Positions 28,608 through 38,738 of a DNA stretch of 55,112 bases are shown here, piece after piece. Below the pieces are notes generated by a model that saw nothing but the letters and a program-made list of their open reading frames with translations, ran no database searches and was not told where the DNA came from. The translations under genes were made by a program, and so were the position numbers. Every line of letters starts with the position of its first letter. Position 1 is the first letter of the stretch. This DNA comes from an uncultured virus (IMG/VR IMGVR_UViG_3300031841_003153) (Duplodnaviria > Heunggongvirae > Uroviricota > Caudoviricetes): the IMG/VR virus record IMGVR_UViG_3300031841_003153. One strand, written 5' to 3'.

Positions 28608-29609
28608 TTAGAACGAGCCAGCGATGATTCTTCGGTTATCAAGAACACCAAAGCCCATTTCAGCCCAGCCGTAATAACCTTGACGCTGGTGACGATGAAG
28701 TGCTGGATCTTCAAAGATCTCAACTTCTTTCTTGACAGGCATAACAAAGCTGTCGTTAGCACTTTGGTCAATGCCAACTACCAACTCAACGTCGGCAGCT
28801 TCGATGCTACCACCAAGGTCATTCAGGAAGTAATCCTGATACTCTTGACCGTCGCCAAACTCGAACAAGTCGTGAAGGTTTACACCAAACACGCGAGTTA
28901 GTTGAGGACCGTTGTCGCTTGCAACGTAGATTTCTCTACGAGAAACATCGTCAAGCTGGTCGATACCCCAGTTGCGGATATCTTCGATAGCTTCTGGCGA
29001 CATGTAAAGGTCCGTCAAGCGACCGGGAGCAGTAACACTGTTACCACCGCCGTTTCGACGCATAACGGTCTTCATCAAGCTAACAAGTCGCTTGGTGAAC
29101 TGACCAGCACCGGCATCGCCATCGTAAACCAAAATGTTACGGTCAACAGCGGCAGCCAACAGAGTGTGCCATCCGTCGTCATTCATTTTCTTTACAAACG
29201 ATGACTCAAGAACCTGCATTGCACGACCAACAACATTCCAGTTAGCTTCGCGAGCGTAGCGAAGAAGGAAGTCAATCGAGCTAGTTACGCCATAAGTATT
29301 AATCATGACGTAATCACTTTCAACATGCTTCTCAGGAATACGACCGTTGCCGGGATTCGTGAAAGCAATGTGATCAATCTCAGTTCCCGGAGCAAGAAGG
29401 TCCAATGGGAACTCAGGAGATGCTCCCGGCTCAAGAGGCATAGCCTCATAGATACCACGAACAACGTCTCCAAACAAAACACCTTTACGAAGAGGTGTTT
29501 CCAAGGCTTTGGCGATTTCTCGCTGTGCTTGGATGGCTACGGTTTTGTCGGAATCCCCAGATCTGCGGAGCAGTTCCAAAAATTCGCCAGAAGGTCTTTC
29601 TTTTGACAT
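28608..29609 (-). CDS. Major capsid protein
   Basis: 333 aa after protease and decoration gene; AAGGAG RBS; followed by terminator; C-terminal GYYGWAEMGFGVLD. Confidence 0.85.
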   Translation of the reverse strand: MSKERPSGEFLELLRRSGDSDKTVAIQAQREIAKALETPLRKGVLFGDVVRGIYEAMPLEPGASPEFPLDLLAPGTEIDHIAFTNPGNGRIPEKHVESDYVMINTYGVTSSIDFLLRYAREANWNVVGRAMQVLESSFVKKMNDDGWHTLLAAAVDRNILVYDGDAGAGQFTKRLVSLMKTVMRRNGGGNSVTAPGRLTDLYMSPEAIEDIRNWGIDQLDDVSRREIYVASDNGPQLTRVFGVNLHDLFEFGDGQEYQDYFLNDLGGSIEAADVELVVGIDQSANDSFVMPVKKEVEIFEDPALHRHQRQGYYGWAEMGFGVLDNRRIIAGSF

Positions 29610-29636
29610 AGTAATTGTTCTCCTTAAAAGAATCTA

Positions 29637-30113
29637 TTAGTTGTTAGGCAGGTCAATGTAGACTTTGGCGTAACCGTATTGGTCTACACCACCAAGGAAT
29701 CGTCCTACGGCATTATCCTTTGCACCAGAGATACCGTCCGCAGCAGTTGGCGAGGCGATATTTCCACTGTGGCCCAAGTAGGCCAAATCTCCACCCGCAG
29801 GTGTTCCTTCCAATGAGTTGGTAACAACCCATCCTTTATTAAGAAGGGTAACCTTTCCACCCTTCTGAACTTCGTCTTTGTACTGGTTTAAGTGCTGACG
29901 AGTAAGGTCGATATTGACCATATCGTTGACCAAAAGTCCCAGTGGTACAACACCGGAAGGGTCAGCAGAGTATGTAACAACAGCGTTACCGTTGTCCATT
30001 GATGCACCCGATCCAGCAGTTGAAAGGGCGGTAACACCACCTCTTTCTGCAACTTCATTCATGAAGAAGCTAATGTCAGTTTGCAAAGTCGATCTGTCTT
30101 GCTTGAGAGCCAT
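29637..30113 (-). CDS. Capsid decoration/cement protein
   Basis: 158 aa between scaffold and MCP, AAGGAG RBS. Confidence 0.65.
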   Translation of the reverse strand: MALKQDRSTLQTDISFFMNEVAERGGVTALSTAGSGASMDNGNAVVTYSADPSGVVPLGLLVNDMVNIDLTRQHLNQYKDEVQKGGKVTLLNKGWVVTNSLEGTPAGGDLAYLGHSGNIASPTAADGISGAKDNAVGRFLGGVDQYGYAKVYIDLPNN

Positions 30114-30152
30114 GTGTAGTCTCCTTTAAGGATTTATAATGTTTTGTTTAAA

Positions 30153-31673
30153 TTAGTTATTGGACTTGAGAATTGATCCAATCCACTCTGACGCCGATGA
30201 ACGCAGTGTTTCAGCTTCGTCTTCTGGTTGAGAGTTGATCTGAGCAACAGCAGTCTCTTGAGGAGTTTCTGCGTTTTCAAGAAGTTCCTCGGAAGCAAGT
30301 GCTGAGTCATCTTCGTCCGACTCTGCCTTAGCTTCTTTTTCTTTCTTTTTCTTTTCGATAGCTTCCTTCAATTCTGGAGGCATACCTGCTTCCGAATCTT
30401 TCATTGCCTCTTTTTTCATTCCCGACCTTTTGACAAGTGCTACAACTCTAGCAAAGTCTTCGTCCGCAAGATTTTCAAATTCAGCAACCGTAGCCTTGGC
30501 TTCTTCCGTGTCAAAACCTGCTTCTGCAAGCTCTGCTTCACGCTTCATCATAGCCTCTTTCTTTTTCATTGCTTCAACTTCTTTTTTCATAGCTTCGGCA
30601 GACTCTTCAAGTTCTGTCTTTGCTACCGTAAGAGCGTCAAAGGCTTCTGTTTTTTCTGTTAAGCTCGCTTTTACAGCTTCTACTTCGGCTGCCTGAGCTT
30701 CAATTTTTGCCTCAAGTTCAGCAATTTGGTTTTCGTAACCGGCTTTTGCTTCTTTCTCGGCTTTTTCTTTTAGGGCTTCATTAGCAGCTTTAGCCTCTGC
30801 CAACTCTGCTCGCAGGCTTTTAACCTGAGTGTCTTGATCGGACATACTATTCTTCTCCTTTAGTGAAGATAAAGTTAACAATTTAGATTGTGATTCATCG
30901 AAAAAATCATTTCCTTCCAGAATTATACTTCGCGGGTTTGCGGGTTTTGAAACCAAGCCTTTACCAGAGAACGATAAGTTTCTTAACAGTCTTCCCACTT
31001 GGTAATCATCATATTTTCCAGTTCCTCCGTATGATCTTAGATGTTTTGTTAAAAACGCAGAAGCCTCATCCCTTTTAACAACTTTGGTTTCACCCTTAGC
31101 ATTTTTAAGAGCGTAATCAAAATTAGGGAATAGACACTCCATAGAAACAAACCATTTGTTTTCTTCGATTTCAGCAACGATTTGAGTTAACCTTTGCTTC
31201 TGTTCGATGTCAGACCATTCCGTATAAATAACAGCGGAGGTAAGAATATTAAACTCTTTAGGAGCAACTTCAACAGAAGAGTCAATAGGATTGCCCTCGA
31301 AATCGACAACCTCGTTAGCAGTAATATGACCGATGATATCTTTTTCATCGTGCATAAAATTAAACGGCTTGTCTTCGGGGGTATCCCTAGCGTCCCAGAG
31401 TTCTTGAGGATCAAAAACGTCATCGTTTTTGTTCCAGCCTGTGCTTACCAAAACAGACTTAATGTAATACAGATCAATTTGATCTTTATTTTCAGCTATT
31501 GCGATTTGGTTATCGCTAATGTTTTGTGCTAATATTTTTTGTAGTTTATAACTATCCACTTGTTCAACGGGGGCAGTTGCAGGACTTGCCGCTGCCACAT
31601 ATGCTACAGAGTTATTTTTAATTTGCTCCGCAAGCCCGTCGTTAACTTCATCTGGATAAATAGGTATGTTCAT
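30153..31673 (-). CDS. Prohead protease-scaffold fusion
   Basis: WNKNDDVF, FNFMH, VSMEC, FSGKGLVSKPAN protease-like motifs; C-terminal E/K/A coiled coil with internal AAGGAG-ATG (MSDQD, 30846) that could give a separate scaffold; likely start 31673. Confidence 0.75.
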   Translation of the reverse strand: MNIPIYPDEVNDGLAEQIKNNSVAYVAAASPATAPVEQVDSYKLQKILAQNISDNQIAIAENKDQIDLYYIKSVLVSTGWNKNDDVFDPQELWDARDTPEDKPFNFMHDEKDIIGHITANEVVDFEGNPIDSSVEVAPKEFNILTSAVIYTEWSDIEQKQRLTQIVAEIEENKWFVSMECLFPNFDYALKNAKGETKVVKRDEASAFLTKHLRSYGGTGKYDDYQVGRLLRNLSFSGKGLVSKPANPRSIILEGNDFFDESQSKLLTLSSLKEKNSMSDQDTQVKSLRAELAEAKAANEALKEKAEKEAKAGYENQIAELEAKIEAQAAEVEAVKASLTEKTEAFDALTVAKTELEESAEAMKKEVEAMKKKEAMMKREAELAEAGFDTEEAKATVAEFENLADEDFARVVALVKRSGMKKEAMKDSEAGMPPELKEAIEKKKKEKEAKAESDEDDSALASEELLENAETPQETAVAQINSQPEDEAETLRSSASEWIGSILKSNN

Positions 31674-31694
31674 ATTTGTTTCTCCATAACTGAT

Positions 31695-31703
31695 AATACA
31701 CAA
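31695..31703 (-). promoter_or_regulatory. Putative late promoter motif TTGTGTATT
   Basis: Upstream of protease gene. Confidence 0.55.
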
Positions 31704-31732
31704 AACAATGGATATAGGGTTTTATTTTGGTA

Positions 31733-33859
31733 TTATTCGGAAGAGGCACAGAAAATTTCAGCAAACGAAGAAGCGTATATGTGCCTCATTTCAGAAACGC
31801 TTGGCTTTCTTCTCATTACTGTATTAAAGGTTGTAGCCTTAGCTTCTGACAATTCCAGAAAAGCGGTGCTTGGCTTAGTATTTAAAGCTAAAACATCTTT
31901 TATTATTTCAGGAGTAACCTCAATCATAGGGTCAAGACCTGTAAAAATACACAGCTTTAAATATTCTAATTGATCAACCTCTGACTTGTTTAATTCTCTA
32001 GCAGTGGATTTACCAAAGTGCTTGCAGGCAAAGGAATTCATATGTTTAGCTATTTTTTCCTGTGCCTCAATACCCCAAAGAGTAGCAGAAGTAGGCTCGC
32101 CACTTCTAGGCAAAACCCTTCTCTTTTTTCTAGGGTTATTGTCTATGGAATTTTTAGGTCGCCCAACATCTTCAACAGGGGCATCTTCTTTTGGTTTATT
32201 GGGAATAGCTGGAGATTCTGGAATCTCTGGCTCCTTGTATGGTAGACCAAGGCCATTTTCTAGATATTCCTCAGAATCAAGAATGTCTTTGGTCATAGCT
32301 ATTTTAGCCATGTCCTCTTTGTGTTGAGGGTTATGATAAGGACCAGCTTTGTTTGGAACATCTTGATTAGCTCGTTCCCTTTGTTCTCTTTTGGTTCTAA
32401 CCTTTTCGATACTAGGAATCTCCCTCATTCTTTCAAGTAGGGTTTCATCAGAAAGAATCCCACGATCAACCAAATCCATAAGCAATTTCTTTTGTGCCGA
32501 TTCGTCGGAAAGAATAATTGAGTCAAAATGAATTTCAGCAGGAAGTCTGAAACCCATAGCTTTTCTTACATACTCTATTTCTTGTCTCCAAAAACCAGAA
32601 ACCACTTCTCTTCCATACTCTAATCTTTCAATAAGAGTTTTTAAAGAAACATAGTTATTAGTATATCCTCCACTTGAACCAGAAGCTCCTGTTAGAGTTG
32701 GAGGAATACCCAGTCCTGCATATATACTTGTAAGTACAGGCTGATACTTCTCAGCACCCAAGAATTTGTACGCTTGAGAATTACTTTCTGTAAATTTAAG
32801 TTCTGGACCCCAGACCAAATCCATCGTGCCGCCGCCAACATTACTAGCGATAATGTTTCTAATCTTTTCAAGACCAGCCTTGGTTGGAACAATCTTATTG
32901 TCAAAATCTCCAACGGTCCAAAGTCTAACCTGACTAATTGTCCCGTCCAAAGCAGCAAGGTCGGCAAGTTTCATTTTCTCCAACATGTTAACGTCGTCTA
33001 AAATGGCGTAAATCATTGGATTTGCCCAGAGTAGCCAATCATCTTTCTTGTAATGATAGAAAAATGTTCTACTCATATCAAGCGGAAGTTTTCTTTCACC
33101 GGCAGCAAGTCTTTTTTGAACATCTAGAGGAAGTGTTTTTATAGGACTTGTCTCATCAGAAATCTGGTTCATCAAGTTATTGTAAGTATATTTTGATATA
33201 TTAAGCAAAAACTCTGGCCTACCAAGTGATGCAGAAGTTCCCTCTCTCACGTCTATCGCAACAGGATTGATAAAGTCGTAAACCCAAGGAATCTCTCTCT
33301 TTGCTTGTTTTTGTAGCTCAAGAACAATGTCTGCCCCAGCCGCCCTTTTTAAGTTCTCCTCTTGCTTCTTGTTTAATTTCGCGGTCCTTCTTTGAACAAC
33401 GACATTTCCCTGTCTGTAAAGATAGTTAAGAAAACGCTCTGTTCTATCATACCCCTTGACCTGACTAAACCATTTTCGATAAAACTTTTCAATCTGCTTA
33501 TTAGGATGCACAAGGACCAAACCCTGACTAGCAAAATCGCTCATTAGGTCAATTACATTACGGATAATTCCCACTTTATCATATGCTGATCCACAAGCAG
33601 CCATGATTCTTTTTTGTCTGTAGGGAACCGCCTCTCCGGGACGAAAGGCGTCATAATCAGAACGATTAAAAGAAGGGCGAACACTACGGTTAGGTTCAAT
33701 ATCTAAATAAGTCTGCCTATTTGATCCATAGTCACCTCTGTGTGCCTCTGCACGATGAACAAAGCCTTCATAAGAACCAGATTCGGTCTGGTATGCTTGA
33801 ATTATTTCGTTTCTTTCTTGATCGTGTGCCCAAGATTGGAAGAGGGGTTTGTCTGACAT
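31733..33859 (-). CDS. Portal protein
   Basis: 708 aa between terminase and protease; IIRNVIDLMSDF, AGLGIPPTL motifs. Confidence 0.8.
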   Translation of the reverse strand: MSDKPLFQSWAHDQERNEIIQAYQTESGSYEGFVHRAEAHRGDYGSNRQTYLDIEPNRSVRPSFNRSDYDAFRPGEAVPYRQKRIMAACGSAYDKVGIIRNVIDLMSDFASQGLVLVHPNKQIEKFYRKWFSQVKGYDRTERFLNYLYRQGNVVVQRRTAKLNKKQEENLKRAAGADIVLELQKQAKREIPWVYDFINPVAIDVREGTSASLGRPEFLLNISKYTYNNLMNQISDETSPIKTLPLDVQKRLAAGERKLPLDMSRTFFYHYKKDDWLLWANPMIYAILDDVNMLEKMKLADLAALDGTISQVRLWTVGDFDNKIVPTKAGLEKIRNIIASNVGGGTMDLVWGPELKFTESNSQAYKFLGAEKYQPVLTSIYAGLGIPPTLTGASGSSGGYTNNYVSLKTLIERLEYGREVVSGFWRQEIEYVRKAMGFRLPAEIHFDSIILSDESAQKKLLMDLVDRGILSDETLLERMREIPSIEKVRTKREQRERANQDVPNKAGPYHNPQHKEDMAKIAMTKDILDSEEYLENGLGLPYKEPEIPESPAIPNKPKEDAPVEDVGRPKNSIDNNPRKKRRVLPRSGEPTSATLWGIEAQEKIAKHMNSFACKHFGKSTARELNKSEVDQLEYLKLCIFTGLDPMIEVTPEIIKDVLALNTKPSTAFLELSEAKATTFNTVMRRKPSVSEMRHIYASSFAEIFCASSE

Positions 33860-33911
33860 TTAGAGCGTTTCCTTTTAATACAATTGACAATACCATTGCT
33901 GATTGTATTGT

Positions 33912-33920
33912 TATACACAA
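33912..33920 (-). promoter_or_regulatory. Putative late promoter motif TTGTGTATA
   Basis: Upstream of portal gene. Confidence 0.6.
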
Positions 33921-33931
33921 TAAAGCCTTTT

Positions 33932-35911
33932 CTAGTACAAACCTTCTGTTTTTTCGGTAAACCACGCTGGCCCCTGAAAAAGTTTATCATCAACAGAGCC
34001 AAAATGAGGCGTTCCATCAGCAAATCCACCAATAGCACCAACGTCCAAAGTCGTCTTTTCCGTATTTAAATGTCGGGCAGACATATTAGCCATAATCAAT
34101 GCTGAGTAACGGTCTTTTCTTAGTCTACTTTTTCTTCCTGCACCGGTCTTAACCTCTGGCGTATCCCACCGCTCACGACCAGAATTTGTTACGGTCATGA
34201 TAATCATGGATAGTTCGTCTTTTAGTTCTTCGATTTCCATAACACAGTCTTCTAATGTGTCATACTTTCTGCCGACAGACTTATCAACCTCTAGTGCCAC
34301 ACCCAAGCTAACCGAATCAAAGTAAGGGAATAGAACCATCTTGTCCTCAAAGTCTTTTCTGATACCGTGATTTGCCTCTGCAAGCCAATCATACTTTGCA
34401 AACTGGCACATTCTAAGAATATGCAAACCGGGATAATCATCCGTGTCCTTTGCCTTATCCTCAATTACCGGCCAAATAGCCACTTCGCCATCTGGTATCT
34501 TGTCCTTGTCGTGCAAAGCCTCCATAACAGCAATACCTCCACCCTGTGCATCCATAGCGATTTCGGCACAAGGGAAAACCTTCATAAGCTGCCTGATCTT
34601 TTTGGCACAGAAAGAATAAAAGTCGTCCTCGTCAACTATTTTAGATTTCAACAATTCCTTATGTGATTTTCTAGTAGTTGTCCAACAGTGAACAATCTTT
34701 CTATGGTCTTTATCAACCTCCATTACCACAATGCTAAAATTATCAACCTCAGAAGCGGGGTCAACACCAAAAACATATTTCTTGCTAGAATCGCCCTTTA
34801 GCGATGCCTCAAACCAAACTTCTCCAGAGGGCAGTTTAGCCGGATTAGACGGGGAGGTTGTACAAGATTCTATCAGGCTACGCTTGAAAAACCCTTGGCT
34901 ATCCGTTGTAAATATGGCACCATATTCCATCTGGTAAATGCCAGTATGAACAGTAGCCTTTGCTCTACCTACTTGACCAGCGTCCATAAACCCTAAAGGG
35001 AGTTTGTTTACGGGAATACGAGAAACAGAATAGTTTGTCCAATCAAAGTCAAGAGGAACAGAACCATTAAACACTTCTTCTAACTTTTTAATATCGCCAC
35101 CACTACTGACTATGGCGTGATACCTTTTATGATATTCAGAAAAGTGATTAAAATCATAATAAGCAGTACCACTTAAAATGATTTGGTTTGACATATCTAC
35201 TGGATCTTCTGAAACAGAAGTAGGAATAGCCACTCCTAGTCTGGCAGCCATAGCCTCTTTAGCTTTTTGCTTCGTCTTTTCGATAGGCGAGGAGGCAACT
35301 GCGGCAAATCCGGCTACAACATTTTCAAAAATGTCTCTAGGAATAGAGGCGAATTCGTCGGCAATAATATCATTAGCTCTCTGGCCCCTGATTTTGCTTC
35401 CGTCGCCCAGTGGAAGTGCCGTTACTGTACTATCACCTATGTACATCACACAGCGGTCTACGTCCTTTCTAGGCCCGCTACCGCTTGAACACAAATCTCT
35501 TAAAACCGGTGCATTTTTCCAGATAGTGTCCATATACTCAAAAAGAACTTTTGATTGACGGAAAGCAGCACCAACAATGATAATCTTTCGTCGTGGCATG
35601 AATAAGGCACGTAAAATAGCGTATAAAGCAAGTATAAAAGACTTACCCATACCACGAGTTCCGATCAGCATAGGGAACTTCCTATTCCACATTTCTTGCA
35701 GTAAAACCGCTTGGAAAGGAGAAAGTTCAATGTTTAGAATATGCTTGCAGGCAAAGCTAAAGTATTCCGGCCTCATCATTACCCATGAGAGCCTCTTTAT
35801 TAATTCTTCGTTGTCTTCACCCATTACAAAATCCATAGGATTAAATAACGTGCTTTCGTCAACGTCAATACCTAGCCAAGCATCGTCTAACTGCTTTTGT
35901 ATATCCTTCAT
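33932..35911 (-). CDS. terL: Terminase large subunit
   Basis: Walker A GTRGMGKS, IRGQR, Walker B IIADE, RNase H-like FGVDPA and KDRYSA; likely start MKDIQ at 35911. Confidence 0.92.
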   Translation of the reverse strand: MKDIQKQLDDAWLGIDVDESTLFNPMDFVMGEDNEELIKRLSWVMMRPEYFSFACKHILNIELSPFQAVLLQEMWNRKFPMLIGTRGMGKSFILALYAILRALFMPRRKIIIVGAAFRQSKVLFEYMDTIWKNAPVLRDLCSSGSGPRKDVDRCVMYIGDSTVTALPLGDGSKIRGQRANDIIADEFASIPRDIFENVVAGFAAVASSPIEKTKQKAKEAMAARLGVAIPTSVSEDPVDMSNQIILSGTAYYDFNHFSEYHKRYHAIVSSGGDIKKLEEVFNGSVPLDFDWTNYSVSRIPVNKLPLGFMDAGQVGRAKATVHTGIYQMEYGAIFTTDSQGFFKRSLIESCTTSPSNPAKLPSGEVWFEASLKGDSSKKYVFGVDPASEVDNFSIVVMEVDKDHRKIVHCWTTTRKSHKELLKSKIVDEDDFYSFCAKKIRQLMKVFPCAEIAMDAQGGGIAVMEALHDKDKIPDGEVAIWPVIEDKAKDTDDYPGLHILRMCQFAKYDWLAEANHGIRKDFEDKMVLFPYFDSVSLGVALEVDKSVGRKYDTLEDCVMEIEELKDELSMIIMTVTNSGRERWDTPEVKTGAGRKSRLRKDRYSALIMANMSARHLNTEKTTLDVGAIGGFADGTPHFGSVDDKLFQGPAWFTEKTEGLY

Positions 35912-36555
35912 ATTAGTATTCTGTCTGCAAATCCATAGTAGACAGCTTCTTCCGAATTCATGTACCAATCTCCTTTTTCCATTTTTCTTTTTAGAAACGA
36001 CTTAACCTTGGAAAGATTATACTCCCTTTCTTTAGCAAATTCGCTTTCTACAACTCTATTTGCATAAATGTTGATCATGAGGTTTTTTTCATAATCTTGA
36101 TAGCTGGCGTAATTCTGCATACTTTGAACGTCACCAGAAGCGTCCGTAGACCCATAATGTACCATAAACATACAATGCTCAGAAAGAACCCTTTCCCTAG
36201 CTGCCTGCATGATAATCGTGCCCATAGAACAAATCATGCCAAAACCAAAAATCGTACACTTATACCTGCTGCCAGAATTTTTTTGCCAGTTATTTATAGC
36301 ATCATATATTGCCATTCCAGAATACCAACAACCGCCACCTGTTTGTAGGTATATTTCTATGTCTAAACCCTCTTGTAATATGTGAAGGTTTTTTAAAAAC
36401 GTATGGTACATCCTGTAGTCCACGCCGGGATTTTCTCCCGAATCATCTTTTTCCTGTAGGTAGATTCTTCTTCTTTCAACATCCAAATTATGAAGATGAA
36501 TATCAGAAATCAAAATCTCCTGTTTCCTGCTGCCCATATTCAGACCTCTCATCAA
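35908..36555 (-). CDS. ClpP-like serine protease
   Basis: RRIYL, TGGGCWYSGMAIYD, GMICSMG (Ser), MVHYG (His), DWYMNSEEAVYYGFADRI. Confidence 0.85.
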   Translation of the reverse strand: MMRGLNMGSRKQEILISDIHLHNLDVERRRIYLQEKDDSGENPGVDYRMYHTFLKNLHILQEGLDIEIYLQTGGGCWYSGMAIYDAINNWQKNSGSRYKCTIFGFGMICSMGTIIMQAARERVLSEHCMFMVHYGSTDASGDVQSMQNYASYQDYEKNLMINIYANRVVESEFAKEREYNLSKVKSFLKRKMEKGDWYMNSEEAVYYGFADRILI

Positions 36556-37093
36556 ATAGTTCTGCTAGTCTCTTAAATATGCTATTGCAAATTGTAAAGG
36601 CGTTTTTCTTGTTGTCAGCAAAGAGTATTTGAACTTCGTACTTGATGCCAATCTCCAGCAATGCTTTCAATAAATACTTTCCTGTTATCTTGGTTTGTTT
36701 AACCACCTGAAACCTTTTATAGCTTGGCAGTGGACACTCGCCAAGACGGTATTTCTCCCAAGTCTCCCTATCATTTTCGTCCAGAAGGCTCAAGGGGTAG
36801 TTTATTAGATCAGATGCGGAAAATTCCAAAATGATATAACGAAACGGAAAGTCTCTCATTCTTTCTATTTCGTTATAAAATGCTTGTTTTTTCTTTCCAA
36901 GATTATTAGCAATCTCAGATGGAGACGCTTTACGCTCTACGCAAACAACTTCTTCATACCCCTTCAAGGTATAGTCGCCCGTTTGAAGCGTTCCGATCTC
37001 CATTCCGTCACATCTGTCGTAAGGAGTAAAAAACCACCCCTCTTGCTCTCTAGTGTCCTGTATTACTGTATACTTAGTCTTCTTTTTTGGCAT
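36503..37093 (-). CDS. ERCC4-domain nuclease
   Basis: IQDTREQ, GDY, VERKAS motifs. Confidence 0.8.
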   Translation of the reverse strand: MPKKKTKYTVIQDTREQEGWFFTPYDRCDGMEIGTLQTGDYTLKGYEEVVCVERKASPSEIANNLGKKKQAFYNEIERMRDFPFRYIILEFSASDLINYPLSLLDENDRETWEKYRLGECPLPSYKRFQVVKQTKITGKYLLKALLEIGIKYEVQILFADNKKNAFTICNSIFKRLAELFDERSEYGQQETGDFDF

Positions 37094-37409
37094 CTAAATC
37101 CCAGCTTAAAAACCTACTTTTTTCTTCTGGGCAGTCGCACCCAGCTTCGTCGCAGCAGTCTTGTTCAACAGGCTCTTCCGCTGGTGCTGGTGCTGGTGCT
37201 GGTGCTGGTGCTGGCTTCCCCTTGCACACAACGGCACACGATTTTCCACCATCCCAAACAACAGAAACGCCCTCTGCTTTTAGTTGTTGTTCTGCGGCCT
37301 TGCAAACCTTGTATAATTTTGGCACAACTTTTTCAGGTGCAACTTCTACACAATCTCCCTCTTGACTAAGGCCCATACCAGCTTCGATGATTCGATCTTG
37401 AAAACTCAT
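37074..37409 (-). CDS. Hypothetical protein with (PA)n linker
   Basis: 111 aa, KPAPAPAPAPAPAEE, Cys-rich; overlaps both neighbours. Confidence 0.55.
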   Translation of the reverse strand: MSFQDRIIEAGMGLSQEGDCVEVAPEKVVPKLYKVCKAAEQQLKAEGVSVVWDGGKSCAVVCKGKPAPAPAPAPAPAEEPVEQDCCDEAGCDCPEEKSRFLSWDLDAKKED

Positions 37410-37672
37410 TTCTTGTTTCTCCTTACCTTTTCGGTAAAATATGTAATATAGTGAGACTCATGCCCTGTTACTTCTTTGTGACAAGCTCTACATAGGGCTA
37501 TGCCATTGTCGGGGTCAAACCTAAGAGTGCTTGCCGTACTCCATTTCATTATATGGTGAACAACACACCTCTTCTTTTTATTACACATTTGACAAGTATA
37601 CTTGTCTCTTTTTAGAACCTTTAGCCTAAACTCTTTGTAAACTGGGTCGTTGTAGTCTCGCCTCTTTGACAT
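37406..37672 (-). CDS. HNH endonuclease
   Basis: RDKYTCQMC...VHHI...NGIALCRACH. Confidence 0.88.
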   Translation of the reverse strand: MSKRRDYNDPVYKEFRLKVLKRDKYTCQMCNKKKRCVVHHIMKWSTASTLRFDPDNGIALCRACHKEVTGHESHYITYFTEKVRRNKK

Positions 37673-38738
37673 CGTGATCCACCATTCTGTTCGCTAAATC
37701 TGTAAAACTAACCCGCCTTTCCCAATGTAATTGTTTCTCCGCTTTTTTTGGTATTCCTAAGAGATAATCCACTTCTGCTGGGCGATAAAACTCTGGATCA
37801 ATAACCACAAGCCGACTCCAATCGTCAATACCCACTCTGGCAAAAGCAGCGTCCAGAAAGTCTCTAACCGAATACGTCTCGCCCGTAGCGATCACATAAT
37901 CATCGGGCGTTTCTTCTTGTAACATAAGCCACATAGCGTTAACGTAATCTTCTGCATGGCCCCAGTCTCGCTTTGCATCTAAGTTACCAAGACGCAGCTT
38001 GGGAAAACCCTCTCTGTCCATAAGGGAGTTATAAAGCATGTTTTCATCATCACTAAACTCCTCTTTTAGAATTTGCCCCAATTCGTTTGTTGGATTCCTC
38101 CATTTCACAAATTCGCCAATCCACTTAGTAATCTTTCGAGTAACAAAGTTTTCACCCCGCCTTTCGCTTTCATGGTTAAACAAAATGCCACAACTTCCGT
38201 GAATTCCATAACCCTCTCTATAATTTCTTACAAGGTGGTGTGCAGCAAGTTTTGCAATAGCATATGGGCTTTGCGGTACAAAGTTCGTATTTTCGTCTTG
38301 ATATTTAACATCTCCGTATCTACCATTGATTACTGTGAAGTTTTTACCAAACATCTCACTGCTGCTTGCTTGATAAAACTTAATTTGGTCTTTTCGCGAA
38401 GAATATCTTATTGCCTCTAAAATATTCAGCACTCCACCGGCAGTAACGTCCCAAGTTAGGCTTGGCTGCTTGAAACTTGTCCCAACATGAGATTGTGCAG
38501 CAAGATTGTAAATCTCATCAGGCTCTTCTTCCTTGATTACATTGCTAACGCTAAAAGCATCAGTAATATCGCCTTCGACGATCTTAATTTTGGGCAAGAT
38601 ATGTGAAATTCTATCTAGAGTGGGAACGCTCACCCTTCTGGTGATTCCAACCACGTCATAACCCTTATTAACTAAGAGTTCTGCTAGATAGCTGCCGTCT
38701 TGTCCTGTTATTCCAAAAATAATAGCCTTTTTATTCAT
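37626..38738 (-). CDS. gmd: GDP-mannose 4,6-dehydratase
   Basis: GITGQDGSYLAE, NLAAQSHV, QASSSE, SPYAIAK, FNHESERRGENFVTRKI, GNLDAKRDWGHA, RPAEVD. Confidence 0.95.
   Translation of the reverse strand: MNKKAIIFGITGQDGSYLAELLVNKGYDVVGITRRVSVPTLDRISHILPKIKIVEGDITDAFSVSNVIKEEEPDEIYNLAAQSHVGTSFKQPSLTWDVTAGGVLNILEAIRYSSRKDQIKFYQASSSEMFGKNFTVINGRYGDVKYQDENTNFVPQSPYAIAKLAAHHLVRNYREGYGIHGSCGILFNHESERRGENFVTRKITKWIGEFVKWRNPTNELGQILKEEFSDDENMLYNSLMDREGFPKLRLGNLDAKRDWGHAEDYVNAMWLMLQEETPDDYVIATGETYSVRDFLDAAFARVGIDDWSRLVVIDPEFYRPAEVDYLLGIPKKAEKQLHWERRVSFTDLANRMVDHDVKEARLQRPSLQRV

Noticed and set aside
37180..37215. GCTGGT hexamer repeat
   Set aside because: Simply encodes a Pro-Ala linker
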